Source: an uncultured Candidatus Saccharibacteria bacterium
Lineage (GTDB): Bacteria; Patescibacteriota; Minisyncoccia; UBA6257; GWB1-50-10
NCBI GenBank assembly: GCA_964365955.1
Contig: CAYISA010000005.1
Coordinates: 751-64,750, forward strand
Reading direction: 5' to 3'
Length of the DNA: 64,000 nt
Shown: positions 38,281 through 48,435 of the stretch, one piece after another
How positions within the stretch are numbered: the first letter of the stretch is position 1
Layout of the letters: every line of letters begins with the position of its first letter
Position numbers and translations under genes: made by a program
Notes under the pieces: model-generated
Databases searched by the model: none
The model's input: only the letters and a program-made list of their open reading frames with translations
Told to the model about the DNA's origin: nothing

Positions 38281-39387
38281 CTACAACTTGATTGGCATCA
38301 AAACGTAGACGAGTGATGCGTCATGTGATGAGCGGATCAGCGCCGGGCGTCCGGGCGTCGCCCCGATCACAATTTCGCTTTCTGCATAAATACGGAGGCC
38401 GTCTAAAATATATTTCCAGTTGAAGATTGCGGAAAAAGCGCCGCCTTTTATTTTTGCCGGAACTTTGTATCGGTTCTCCCCTAAAGCCCCGTCCGCCGAA
38501 TGCAGTTCTAAAAAGTTCTTCCCGTCTTTGACGTTCATGGAAATCCCCTGCGTTCGTCCCGCAAACGCGGCTGTGAGTTTTATTGCGTTAATCATTTCTT
38601 CACGATCCACCGTGAGCTCGTTTTCCACTTCTTTTGGAATCACTCCTTGATACTCTGGAAAATTACCATCAATGAGACGCGAAATAATTTGTCCTGCCGG
38701 CATCTTAAACAGGACTTGGTTTGGGTCGATAAAAATCTCTACCAGAACGTCGTTTTTCCCGAGCACGCGCAATAATTCTTCGATTGTTTTTTTGGGAATA
38801 ATCATGGAAATGGCCTCGAAAGAAGTTTCGATCTCTTTCGCTAGGACGCGCTTTTCGACAAGTCGAAAGCTGTCGGTTCCCACGAAAACCAGCGAGTCTT
38901 TTTCGTATTTGAACAACACGCCGCTGATTTCGGGCCGTATTTCGGAATACTGGACAGCGGCGGAAACGGCAGATAGGGCGTCACGGAGAATGCTGGAATT
39001 GATCTTAAAAAAATGTTTTGTGTCGTGCACAGAAGGAATGAGCGGGAAATCTTTAGGGTTATTTCCCTGAATCTCTGCTTCGTAATTATCCGTGGTAATC
39101 GTGATTTTTTTGCCTTCTTCGTTTATCGAAACGCGTTCCGATAAAATATTTTTTACAATGGAATTTAGAAGTAAAAATGGAATGGAGCATTCCCCATCTT
39201 CGATTATTTTACCCGGAACCGTGCTTTGCGTCGCAATCTCTAAATCAGTTGTCGTAAGAAGAATTTTGTTTTCAAATGCCCGCAACAAAACACTTTTTAA
39301 AATCGGAAGGTTTGCGTTCATTCCAACGGAGTGTTCTACGGCGGAAAGACTTTCCACAAGATTGTTTCGGAGTAGTACTAGTTTCAT
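38281..39387 (-). CDS. dnaN: DNA polymerase III beta clamp
   Basis: LPIL, TDLE, TDSFRL, SRLIDGNFP, VLMPI. Confidence 0.97.
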   Translation of the reverse strand: MKLVLLRNNLVESLSAVEHSVGMNANLPILKSVLLRAFENKILLTTTDLEIATQSTVPGKIIEDGECSIPFLLLNSIVKNILSERVSINEEGKKITITTDNYEAEIQGNNPKDFPLIPSVHDTKHFFKINSSILRDALSAVSAAVQYSEIRPEISGVLFKYEKDSLVFVGTDSFRLVEKRVLAKEIETSFEAISMIIPKKTIEELLRVLGKNDVLVEIFIDPNQVLFKMPAGQIISRLIDGNFPEYQGVIPKEVENELTVDREEMINAIKLTAAFAGRTQGISMNVKDGKNFLELHSADGALGENRYKVPAKIKGGAFSAIFNWKYILDGLRIYAESEIVIGATPGRPALIRSSHDASLVYVLMPIKL

Positions 39388-39565
39388 ATAGATATAAAGA
39401 TAGTAGTAATAGAACTAAGAGTGTGGATATGTGGAAAACAAAATCCGTCCTTTAAACAGAAGAGTTTTTAAAAGAAGCGGCATTTTATATTCCGTGGATA
39501 ACGTGGGATAAAATACTATGGATTTTCGAGAACGGGTAAAAAAAGCTATTTTTTTCCACATGTTG
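39388..39565. other. Replication origin oriC
   Basis: DnaA-box-like sites TGTGGATAT, TGTGGAAAA, CGTGGATAA, TTTTCCACA and a TAGTAGTAATAG trio run between dnaA and dnaN. Confidence 0.85.
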
Positions 39566-40948
39566 TTAAGATTTATATAACCGTTCTTTTATCAGCATGA
39601 TTTTTTGGTTCAATCCCGGATTTTGATTAGTTTCCCTTGCGATTTTCTCGTAAGCATGAATCGCGGTAGTGTGATCTCGCTTTCCCAGTTTTTCCCCAAT
39701 GTGAGGATAGGAAAGTTTCAACATGTCCCGAAGAAGAAACATCGCAATTTGGCGCGGCTCCACGATTTCCTGTTTCCGGCTGCGTTCCGTGAGGTCGGAC
39801 ACAGGAACCTCGAAAAAGTCGGCCACCGTACGTATCACGTCTCCCGCGGAGATGTTTTTTGCGCTTACTTGTGAAGTCTCCGTTATCATTTCGTCCAATT
39901 TTTTCATATCGATATCCGCGTGTTTGTATTGCTGATAAAAGACAATCTTATTCAAAACCCCTTCGAGTTCGCGTATACTCCTTTGAACCTTTGAGGCTAT
40001 ATGTTCCAACGTTTTTTCGGGGACTGACCACCCCTTTTCTTGCGTTTTCGCTTTTAAAATAGCGAGACGCATTTCGTATTCCGGGTATTGGATGTCCGCC
40101 ACCATGCTGGCCTGGAAGCGCGACCGAAGGCGTTCCTCAAGAGTTGCGATCGCGGCCGGAGGCCGATCGGAAGAAATAATAATTTGTTTGTTGTTTTCGT
40201 GAAGCGCGTTGAACGTGTGAAAAAATTCCATCTCGGTTGCAGGCTTTCCGCCAATGAACTGAATATCGTCGACAATCAAAACATCGACGTTCCGATATTT
40301 ACGTTTCATATCTTCCATCCGTTTATTTTTTACGGACCACACAACGTCATTCACGAACTTTTCCGATGTGGTGTAAAGAACCTTTGTTCTCCCGCCGTAT
40401 TCTTTTTGAATTGCATTTCCCGCGGATTGAATGAGATGGGTTTTCCCGACGCCCGTCCCCCCGTAAATAAAAAGCGGATTGTATTTTGTTCCCACATCTT
40501 TAATGACGGCAAGAATGGCGGCGTGCGCAAGTTCGTTGGAGGACCCCACGACAAACGATTCCAACGTGTAGCGAGGGTTGAGATTGGAAATAGGGTCCAC
40601 TTTTAGTTCCGTGATGGGAAGCTGCGTTCTTTCTTCCACCAAAGAAGCTTGCGGAGACAACGGTTTTATTTTTGCGGTTTTTATAAATGTCGCCGCCTGA
40701 CTAAGCACCGTATAATTGACGTGCTTGATCGAAGTGTCGAGATTACGGAGGGAACCCAAGATGATTTTATGATAGCGGTTCTTTACCCACTCTTTCGCGA
40801 AGTTATTCGGAAGCCCGACGAACGCGATCCCCTCCTTTTCGTTTTTAGCGAGGAGCTCGCTATTTTTCATCCACGTGAGAAAATTAGGACGAGAAATCTG
40901 AAGTTCGATTTCTCCGAGTGCCGACTTCCACAAATCCTTGTTTTCCAT
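39566..40948 (-). CDS. dnaA: Replication initiator DnaA
   Basis: NPLFIYGGTGVGKTHL, DDIQF, FFHTFN, SDRPP, RELEG, RDHTT. Confidence 0.98.
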   Translation of the reverse strand: MENKDLWKSALGEIELQISRPNFLTWMKNSELLAKNEKEGIAFVGLPNNFAKEWVKNRYHKIILGSLRNLDTSIKHVNYTVLSQAATFIKTAKIKPLSPQASLVEERTQLPITELKVDPISNLNPRYTLESFVVGSSNELAHAAILAVIKDVGTKYNPLFIYGGTGVGKTHLIQSAGNAIQKEYGGRTKVLYTTSEKFVNDVVWSVKNKRMEDMKRKYRNVDVLIVDDIQFIGGKPATEMEFFHTFNALHENNKQIIISSDRPPAAIATLEERLRSRFQASMVADIQYPEYEMRLAILKAKTQEKGWSVPEKTLEHIASKVQRSIRELEGVLNKIVFYQQYKHADIDMKKLDEMITETSQVSAKNISAGDVIRTVADFFEVPVSDLTERSRKQEIVEPRQIAMFLLRDMLKLSYPHIGEKLGKRDHTTAIHAYEKIARETNQNPGLNQKIMLIKERLYKS

Positions 40949-41165
40949 TGGGTGCGTGTAATGAGTTTGAAAATTTTTCTGATGTTCGGCAATTTTTATG
41001 GACGCAAGTCCTCCCTCCGCTTGTATACTCATAGTACGAATATTTTACTCCATCGCAAGATTGAGGGAAGAGTTCGTTTGTGTCTTAATTGTGCACGACA
41101 GGTGAACAACTCGTTTTAAGAAAAAAGTTGCGCCCGTCCGCAGGGCATAGTACAATCACTTCCAT

Positions 41166-41300
41166 ATGAGCGTTACCTATCAACCGAAAAAGAAGAAACG
41201 CCGCAGAACGCATGGTTTTTTAGCGCGGAAAAGAACTCCGGGAGGGCGCGCCGCGATAAAACGAAGAAGGCAAAAAGGACGGAAACGGCTTTCCGTCTAA
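41166..41300 (+). CDS. rpmH: 50S ribosomal protein L34 (not in the ORF track)
   Basis: Translated by hand: [44 protein letters not shown]. Confidence 0.97.
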   Translation: MSVTYQPKKKKRRRTHGFLARKRTPGGRAAIKRRRQKGRKRLSV

Positions 41301-41307
41301 CGAAACC

Positions 41308-41562
41308 GTGGTCATCACCCTTAAAAAAGTTGTTTCAAAAACCGCGAAGAATCGGTGCGTGATTATTGTTGGGAAAAACGTCGAAAAAAAAGCGACAGGG
41401 AGAAATAAAATTAAAAGGCGCCTACGGGCAATTCTCCGCCCCCTTCTCGCAAGACAGGAAAAAGGACAAGGAGTACGTGTCGTGGTAAAACCGGGAGCAA
41501 CAGCGATGACTTTCCGGATATTGAAACAAGAAGTAGAGAGCAGCTTTGACTCCGCGAAGTAA
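41308..41562 (+). CDS. rnpA: RNase P protein component, N-terminally short
   Basis: KATGRNKIKRRLR (RNR motif); lies between rpmH and yidC. Confidence 0.85.
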   Translation: MVITLKKVVSKTAKNRCVIIVGKNVEKKATGRNKIKRRLRAILRPLLARQEKGQGVRVVVKPGATAMTFRILKQEVESSFDSAK

Positions 41563-41571
41563 TAAAAATAT

Positions 41572-42267
41572 ATGGCAGGATTTTTTAATACGATCATCTA
41601 TCAACCCATTCTGGCGCTTCTCGTCTGGATTTATCAGACGGTGGCGTTCCATGATTTGGGAATCGCGATCGTTGTTCTCACTGTTTTGGTGCGCGTCGTT
41701 CTGTTCCCTGTTTTTAACAAAGGGAGCCGCGATCAAACAATCATGCAGCATTTGCAGCCGCACGTTAAAAAAATTCAACTGGATCATAAAGACGAAAAAG
41801 AAATACAAGCAAAGAAACTGATGGAGTTGTATTCCCGCCACAAAGTTAATCCCTTGTCGGGATTTTTGCTTCTCATTGTGCAGTTGCCGGTGTTTATCGC
41901 CCTGTTTGAAATTTTCAGAAAAGAACTCGGCGGAGCAATGTTCGCTTCGCAAATGTTTCTAGGGTTTATGAATCTTGGAGAAAAAAGTATTGTGATCGCG
42001 ATTATTGCAGCACTGGCGCAGTATATTCAAGGGAAAATTAGTCTTCCGAAAACGCAACCCTCAATGGATTCCAAAAACCCTCTCGCTTCTATGGGGAAAA
42101 CAATGGTGTATATAGGTCCCGCTCTCACATTTGGAATTTTGATGGGACTGCCTGCGGCGATCGGACTGTACTGGATCGTGTCTTCACTGTTTTCAATCGC
42201 ACAACAGATGTACATCAATAAAAAGATGCCAGCATTCGAAGACCTTGAAAAACCGAGTAAAAGCTGA
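41572..42267 (+). CDS. yidC: Membrane protein insertase YidC
   Basis: GIAIVVLT..VR..LFP, LQP, NPLSG, QLPVF, LYW. Confidence 0.95.
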   Translation: MAGFFNTIIYQPILALLVWIYQTVAFHDLGIAIVVLTVLVRVVLFPVFNKGSRDQTIMQHLQPHVKKIQLDHKDEKEIQAKKLMELYSRHKVNPLSGFLLLIVQLPVFIALFEIFRKELGGAMFASQMFLGFMNLGEKSIVIAIIAALAQYIQGKISLPKTQPSMDSKNPLASMGKTMVYIGPALTFGILMGLPAAIGLYWIVSSLFSIAQQMYINKKMPAFEDLEKPSKS

Positions 42268-42279
42268 TAAAAAAGGACC

Positions 42280-42708
42280 ATGGATACGATCATAAGCAAA
42301 GCAAAAGAAATGCTCCATTATATGGGGTTTTCCGATGCAGAAATAACCTTCGATGAAGCACATCGTAGAATTTCCGTGGTGGTCACGGACAAAGTAGTCG
42401 AGGACAGTACCGCGCTATTTCTGGCCGCTATAGATCACATTATTAATCTAATGTTAAAAAAAGCGGAGTTGCCGATGTATATCGTGGACGTGAATTTCTA
42501 TCGGAAAGAGCGGGAACGATTGATTTCGGAACTCGCCCGCGCAGCGGCAAAAAAAGCGATGATCACAAAAACAGACGTGGAGCTTCCTCCGATGAATTCG
42601 TATGAGCGGAGGCTGGTGCATGTGGAAATAACTACGCACCCGGAACTGATGACGGAGAGCGGCGGCATCGGAAAAGAGCGCCATGTAATCATAAAACACG
42701 TTGTATAA
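42280..42708 (+). CDS. jag: Jag/KhpB-like R3H protein
   Basis: DVNFYR, LPPMNSYERRLVH. Confidence 0.88.
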   Translation: MDTIISKAKEMLHYMGFSDAEITFDEAHRRISVVVTDKVVEDSTALFLAAIDHIINLMLKKAELPMYIVDVNFYRKERERLISELARAAAKKAMITKTDVELPPMNSYERRLVHVEITTHPELMTESGGIGKERHVIIKHVV

Positions 42709-42731
42709 AATAACCCCTCCGATCGGCGGAG

Positions 42732-43886
42732 TTATTGTGATGCGAGGGAAAGTTCGTAAAGAAATCCGTCGTAACGGTTAATAAAATACAATTTTCCGGC
42801 GCGGGCGGTAACGTGTGAAGCGTCGATTGCCGGGAATGTTTCGCTAAGACTTGTAAAAATCTTTTCCGTTCCCGTGTCTTCGCTTGCCGAATAAAGATCG
42901 TCAACCGTGTAGAATTTTCGCATGAGGTAATCATCGGGAATGGTTGCCGGATTTTCTTTTGTCGAGAGCTCGCGGGGAACGAAACAGTAAACCGAAGAGC
43001 TTGCATAAGCCGCGCATTTCGAAGGAAACGTCGTGAAGATCACGGGAGTTTGGAGTCCCATTCTTTCGTCAAGAATCGAAAACTGGTTGGGGGAAAAGAA
43101 CATAAAAAGTGTTTTGAACGTATCGTCCCATCCGACCGTAAGCCCCCGCTCCCCCTGAACCAAAAGCGAGAGTTCTTGTGTTTTTAGATTCAGGCGCCAC
43201 AAACGCCCGTTTTGCAGGAACGACGGTTTTTCCGCGATAAGAAGCGTGCCGGGCGACTGTGGGATAAAATGAACGTCTGTAAGCCGAAAATCTTTTATAA
43301 CCGTAACATATTGGACGGGTGTGCGCGTATAGTCGAATGTCGCAAGAGACGGCAGACCGCCCGCCTGAACGATGCCCACAATCTCGTTTGTTTTTGTTCC
43401 CCATGCCGCCTCTTTTACTTCAGCCGGCAGGGGTCTCCACACCTTGTCCTGCGCGTCAAATACCCCCCATGAAGGCGTGAGCGGGCTTCCGAATGCCACC
43501 AGCACGCGCGTCCCGTCCGTGTTCGGGATTACGCGATTTAGCGTAGAGATGGTTTCCGTGGACACTTCAAGGTCGGGTCCGGATTTTGCGGACGCGATTT
43601 TCCCGTCGGGTTTGAAATAAAATACGTCTTCTCCGTTTTTCAAAACCCAGTAATCAAAAATAGGAACGTCCGAGATGCGGCGCAACACCGTTCCGCCTGC
43701 ACCCTTCATTTCTGCAGGGTATTCCTTTATCGGGGGCGCGGTGGGCGCAAACGGAAGCGATGATGTAGAAGAAGATTCGGAGGGAGGAACAATCGGCTCG
43801 CTTAACGCCTTCCAGACAAAATAACCCAAAAGAGCCACAAAGATTATTCCTACCGCTATAATTGTTATTTTAAATGAAAAGCGCAT
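42732..43886 (-). CDS. Membrane-anchored beta-rich exported protein
   Basis: N-terminal TM; FPSKC..YCFVP..PDDY; terminal LYFINRYDGFLY. Confidence 0.8.
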   Translation of the reverse strand: MRFSFKITIIAVGIIFVALLGYFVWKALSEPIVPPSESSSTSSLPFAPTAPPIKEYPAEMKGAGGTVLRRISDVPIFDYWVLKNGEDVFYFKPDGKIASAKSGPDLEVSTETISTLNRVIPNTDGTRVLVAFGSPLTPSWGVFDAQDKVWRPLPAEVKEAAWGTKTNEIVGIVQAGGLPSLATFDYTRTPVQYVTVIKDFRLTDVHFIPQSPGTLLIAEKPSFLQNGRLWRLNLKTQELSLLVQGERGLTVGWDDTFKTLFMFFSPNQFSILDERMGLQTPVIFTTFPSKCAAYASSSVYCFVPRELSTKENPATIPDDYLMRKFYTVDDLYSASEDTGTEKIFTSLSETFPAIDASHVTARAGKLYFINRYDGFLYELSLASQ

Positions 43887-43891
43887 AAAGT

Positions 43892-44875
43892 TTAGCAAGG
43901 ACGGATGTCATTTTGAATATCGGTCATTTCCGTGTCATTGTATAGATCGCAGTATCCAGTTACGGGATTACAGTTTGCTTCAGGAGAAGTTTGAGTCCCT
44001 CCTCTACCCGACGCTTGTAGTGGTTTTCTCCACGCATAGATAATACACCGAGCCCCCGTTTTGTTCGTATCACTCATTTTATAATAAGGATAGGTCCAAA
44101 CTAAGGAGTATGTTGGAATTTTTTCTTCATTCTCGGCATAAAAATCTTCATATATGGGTAGATTATCAGTAACACCGCCAAGTACATTTCCATAATTATT
44201 TCCTTCACCTTGTCTAAAAATATCACCAGACAAAGGACGAATTCCATGTGTTCCCATCCTCGTTCCGTCTAAATCTAAAGTGAGAATTATTTTCCCAGGG
44301 CATGTTGTAGTAGCCATCACGGTTCTGGGGCAAGCAATGGCTGATGGAACACACCCGCCGCAAGTCGCGCTCTGTTGCGTGCCCGGAGTGGTACAAATAT
44401 CCACGCATACTGATGGAGTATCTAAATACTCACCGGTTGGACCCTTTGGATTGCAACGATATTGTCTAGCAGGACATGCCAAAGAAGGGTCTTCGCGTAC
44501 GCTAAGCGTTTTAAGCTGCGGATTTACGGTATTCAGGATAAGCACCGCTCCGAAAAGAAGCGCCACACCCCAGAGTGCAGAAAAAATCATGTCTTTTGCA
44601 TCATTTTGAACATCCGGTTTTCCCGCAGAGGTTGCATAACGAATACCTCCCGCGACGATCATAAGCATTGCGAGCGCGCCGGAAATCCAGAGCGCAAACG
44701 TATAAAAATTCTGAATGTATTCCGCGATGGGATTGGTGTTTTTTGAAAATCCGGCATTCGGATTCGCGAAGCTTAAATCGATATTCGTTGCTCCAAATGC
44801 GGGCAGGACAAAACCGAGCGCCAGGATTCCTACATTCGCTATCAAAAACCATTTTGCGATTTTTTTGAGCGTCAT
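43892..44875 (-). CDS. VirB2/TrbC-like pilin with Cys-rich C-terminal extension
   Basis: Signal peptide; LAMLMIVAGGIRYATSAG..AKDMI.SALWG..L...ILNTVNP. Confidence 0.8.
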   Translation of the reverse strand: MTLKKIAKWFLIANVGILALGFVLPAFGATNIDLSFANPNAGFSKNTNPIAEYIQNFYTFALWISGALAMLMIVAGGIRYATSAGKPDVQNDAKDMIFSALWGVALLFGAVLILNTVNPQLKTLSVREDPSLACPARQYRCNPKGPTGEYLDTPSVCVDICTTPGTQQSATCGGCVPSAIACPRTVMATTTCPGKIILTLDLDGTRMGTHGIRPLSGDIFRQGEGNNYGNVLGGVTDNLPIYEDFYAENEEKIPTYSLVWTYPYYKMSDTNKTGARCIIYAWRKPLQASGRGGTQTSPEANCNPVTGYCDLYNDTEMTDIQNDIRPC

Positions 44876-44878
44876 AAG

Positions 44879-45604
44879 TTATTGTATGGTTAATTGAAAA
44901 CGTTCCTGCGCGAACTCCAACGGGTTCGAAAGATTTTGTGCTAAAAGATTTATTTGGAGCGTCCTGTCGTATTCTGACGCAGGTGTTCCGACGCCAAGCG
45001 AAAGCGTATTTTCCCCTTGCGCTTTTTTCTGCTCGCCGTTAATAGTCCAGGTAAAGTAAAGATCGTTCAATGTTTTGATATTCCAGAAAAAAGGAAATGC
45101 CTCGAGTAAAAAACGACTCTGCGACGCTACGATTTCGAGAGGCAATGGGATGTTTGCAACGATTTGGGGCGAAAGGACGGGAACCTGGAGAGAAATTTCC
45201 CGGATGTTCTCTTGGTCCATGAGACGCGCTGTCGCTTTTATTGTGACGGTTTCACCCGCGATAGATTTAGGCGTGAAAAGAATTTCTTTTTTTCCATCGC
45301 CACGGTCCATAAGTTTATCATTTATGAACCACGTAATGGTTACGCGCGACAGATCTAAAAATTTTCCGCCGCGAAGTGCTTCCAAGGACGCGGTGATCGG
45401 CGTCCCTGCCGTAGGAAACACCTTTCCTTCAAAAAACGACGGATAGAAGTTATTTGCTCTCCAGGTAAGAAAAAACTGGGTTGGGGGGGGTGTTTGAGCG
45501 CGCGCTGTGTGAAGAATTCCCCCAGCCAAGAAAACGGCTGTCCCCAAAAAGAGCGCGGCGAAAGAAAAAATTAAAAATTTCATAGGTGACTTCTTATTCA
45601 TCAT
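44879..45604 (-). CDS. Exported protein with Ig-like beta repeats
   Basis: Signal peptide; two TW.IN repeats. Confidence 0.75.
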   Translation of the reverse strand: MMNKKSPMKFLIFSFAALFLGTAVFLAGGILHTARAQTPPPTQFFLTWRANNFYPSFFEGKVFPTAGTPITASLEALRGGKFLDLSRVTITWFINDKLMDRGDGKKEILFTPKSIAGETVTIKATARLMDQENIREISLQVPVLSPQIVANIPLPLEIVASQSRFLLEAFPFFWNIKTLNDLYFTWTINGEQKKAQGENTLSLGVGTPASEYDRTLQINLLAQNLSNPLEFAQERFQLTIQ

Positions 45605-45987
45605 ACAACAGTTTTCGTTGCGATTTTAGCGGCAGGACCGCCTTTAGCCGCCACTTTTTCTGTGATAGCCGCTAATTTCGGATTGTTGTGGATAAATACC
45701 TCGATAAGAAAGGGAATGGTTATGGTAAACGCGGTAATGATAATCGGAGTTACCGGAAGAAGATTTAAACCATATTTAAGAATCTGTTTGCCAAGTTTTG
45801 TAGCATTGGGATCACCTTTGCTTCTAAACCACATGGTGATGGCGAATGTAGCAAATCCTTGGATGACAGGAGCGATGATAACTCCAACTCCCGTGATATC
45901 AATAAGAATACTTATTCCATCGACGCCGAGCGCAAAGAATGTTCCGATGATTATCTCACCCGCCCCAAATTTTTTATGTTCATCCAT
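45601..45987 (-). CDS. Small membrane protein
   Basis: Hydrophobic; coupled within the operon. Confidence 0.75.
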   Translation of the reverse strand: MDEHKKFGAGEIIIGTFFALGVDGISILIDITGVGVIIAPVIQGFATFAITMWFRSKGDPNATKLGKQILKYGLNLLPVTPIIITAFTITIPFLIEVFIHNNPKLAAITEKVAAKGGPAAKIATKTVV

Positions 45988-46001
45988 ATTCTCTTAATAG
46001 A

Positions 46002-47774
46002 TCATTTTTGTTCTTTGGCGTTTTCTTCAAGCCCTTTAATCTCAAGCATCTGTTCGGGGTTTGTAGTGACAATCTGATCCTCGGTGTAAGACGCCACCAC
46101 TTTAATGGCAACGTGTTTTAAGCCGGCAAAAAAGAGTCCTTCGCCGACCCCCGCCTCCAAAAGAAGTGTCCGTTCCCCTTCTGTCAGGTCAAACGCTTTC
46201 CCGACCGCCTCGATCGATGTTGGCGATTGTTTCAGAAGAAATTGCAAGGATGAGTTGGTGATAATCGGGCGGCCGTAATCCGATTTGATAAAATCTTCCA
46301 CGTCTTGGGTGATGGTGGTAATGCCCAAGAAATATTTTCGCGCGCGTTTCACCAGTCCGAACAAAAACGACGCGCTGTCTTTGTACTTCATCATCCACCA
46401 CGCCTCGTCAATGATTAAGAGTCGGCGTTTCAGTTGCGATCGAACAATGCTCCACACGAAGTTCAGGACGATATACATAGCAATCGGACGGAGTTCTTCT
46501 TCAAGGTCCCGAATCGAAAAAACAATCAACCGATTTTTAATATCGATGTTGGTGGGTGCATTGGTGAATCCCGCATAAGAACCATGCGTAAATTTTTCAA
46601 GGCGCTGCGCCATACTCTGTGCACCGGCGGAATTTTGCAGAATCACCTGCAAATCTTCAAGAAGCGGCGGATTCATTTCTTTGTTCAGGCCGAAATTTTC
46701 CGCCGTAATATCACGCGACGCGTAGGTTTCGGTAATCGCGCGGTCCAAAATCGCGTCTTCTTCCGGCGTTACGGCAGTGAGCATCAGTTTTAAAAGACCC
46801 GTCAAGTTTAGCACATGTGATTTAAACACGTCGCCGGGTTCTTCGCCTTCCGGAATCACGGGAATGTCGAATGGGTTGATGTGGTTCGGCGACGTAAGTG
46901 AGATTTTAAAATAGCTTCCGCCGATCGCGTTCGAGAGATTCGCATACTCATTTTCTGGATCAATCACAATCACATCCGTTCCCATCATCATGGAACGCAG
47001 GATTTCTAGTTTGGTCGTGTAGGATTTTCCGGAACCGGATTTTGCGAAGACCACGGAATTTGCGTTTTCAAGCGAGAACCGGTCAAAAATAATCAAACTA
47101 TTGTTATGCATATTGACCCCGTACAAAATTCCTTTGTCGGATGTGAGATCAGGCGAAACAAAAGGAAAAATAGAGGCGGCGGGACCGCTATTCAAAGGCG
47201 TGGTGACTTGAAGCGCATCTTCTCCTTGCGGGAGCGCGGAGCGGAAACCCTCGAGTTGGCGGAAGAGCGATTGCTTGATGTATACCAGGCGGGACTCCAG
47301 CATGTTTTCCACTGTATTTTGAAGTTTATTTAACTCTTCTAACGTGCGGCCGTAGATAGTGATATAGATTCCCACACTGAAGAGTTTTTCCCGCGCTTGT
47401 TGTAAAGCGTCTCGGAGCGTTTCCACGTCCTGAAACGCGGTTTCAAGCTGGGGATCGCGCACTAATCCTTTTTCATCGCGTTCGGAAAGTTCTGCTTGGA
47501 ACTGCGTGACTTTTTTGCGGAGATTCTTGAGAGCCAAGCTTGTATCCATAGGATGCACGAAAATCGAAACATCCATCATTTCGGGCAGGTTAATGATCGG
47601 AGAAAACCAACCGGTCGAGATAAAGCGGGGATAAGTGAATACAAACATCGAGCGCGCGAAAAAGTCCCCTATTTTTATGAAATTCGGGCTTATTTCGAGT
47701 CCCGCGGGCGCGATCACATTCGGAAGGTCCTCGGGGGATGCCTGATATTCTTTGGGGATAGAAAGAGAAGACAT
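46002..47774 (-). CDS. virB4: VirB4-like ATPase
   Basis: FDRFSLENAN, AKSGSGKS, IDPENEY, INPFD, IDEAW, RARKY, ITQ. Confidence 0.92.
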   Translation of the reverse strand: MSSLSIPKEYQASPEDLPNVIAPAGLEISPNFIKIGDFFARSMFVFTYPRFISTGWFSPIINLPEMMDVSIFVHPMDTSLALKNLRKKVTQFQAELSERDEKGLVRDPQLETAFQDVETLRDALQQAREKLFSVGIYITIYGRTLEELNKLQNTVENMLESRLVYIKQSLFRQLEGFRSALPQGEDALQVTTPLNSGPAASIFPFVSPDLTSDKGILYGVNMHNNSLIIFDRFSLENANSVVFAKSGSGKSYTTKLEILRSMMMGTDVIVIDPENEYANLSNAIGGSYFKISLTSPNHINPFDIPVIPEGEEPGDVFKSHVLNLTGLLKLMLTAVTPEEDAILDRAITETYASRDITAENFGLNKEMNPPLLEDLQVILQNSAGAQSMAQRLEKFTHGSYAGFTNAPTNIDIKNRLIVFSIRDLEEELRPIAMYIVLNFVWSIVRSQLKRRLLIIDEAWWMMKYKDSASFLFGLVKRARKYFLGITTITQDVEDFIKSDYGRPIITNSSLQFLLKQSPTSIEAVGKAFDLTEGERTLLLEAGVGEGLFFAGLKHVAIKVVASYTEDQIVTTNPEQMLEIKGLEENAKEQK

Positions 47775-47777
47775 AAA

Positions 47778-48419
47778 TTATTTTTTTGCGACCTCGATTC
47801 CTTTCTTTTCGACCAGCCCGGGATTGTAAAGATTATAGAAAAGCTCGATCAGTTCCGCGTCTTCCAAGGGTGCCGCCCGAAGACCGATTAATTCGAGTCC
47901 GCTCACCACCTGATCCACGCGATGGGTGAGCTGCTCCAGATTGTTCTGTAGGTTCGCTTTCTGCTCCGTGGAAGACGTTTTTTGAAACAGTCCAAAGAGT
48001 CCCGCGCCCGAACTGCCGGACGAAAGCGACGGAGGATCATACGGCACCACCGTAAAAAATGTCTTATTGATAATCGCATTTTGATCCACAAATGTGCGGA
48101 TAAATTCGGCATATTCGTCAATCTGGATTTTCAGGAGTTCGTTTTCTTCCTCTTCTTTCCGCTTTTTTACCCGCGCGAGATAATCGTCAATGTTCATTTT
48201 ACGCGAGTGGATGAGAAACTGTAGTGAAAAGTCGAGTGAGTTTAAGAAATTTTGGAACGTATTCAGGATAAGCGTTTGTTCTTCTTCGGATTTCAGATCG
48301 AAATTTACGCCGCTCACGATAATAATCTGGCGCAAACCGCCGTTTTTGAGGTACACAATCCCCTCTTTTATGTTTTTTACGTCTACAAATTTTTGTGTGG
48401 GGAGTGTAGGTTCCGACAT
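47778..48419 (-). CDS. VirB4 N-terminal-like (TraC-type) partner protein
   Basis: NFDLKSEEEQ, FLNSLDF, ELFYNLYNP; lies between PrgI and VirB4. Confidence 0.75.
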   Translation of the reverse strand: MSEPTLPTQKFVDVKNIKEGIVYLKNGGLRQIIIVSGVNFDLKSEEEQTLILNTFQNFLNSLDFSLQFLIHSRKMNIDDYLARVKKRKEEEENELLKIQIDEYAEFIRTFVDQNAIINKTFFTVVPYDPPSLSSGSSGAGLFGLFQKTSSTEQKANLQNNLEQLTHRVDQVVSGLELIGLRAAPLEDAELIELFYNLYNPGLVEKKGIEVAKK

Positions 48420-48435
48420 GGATACGGTTATTGTA

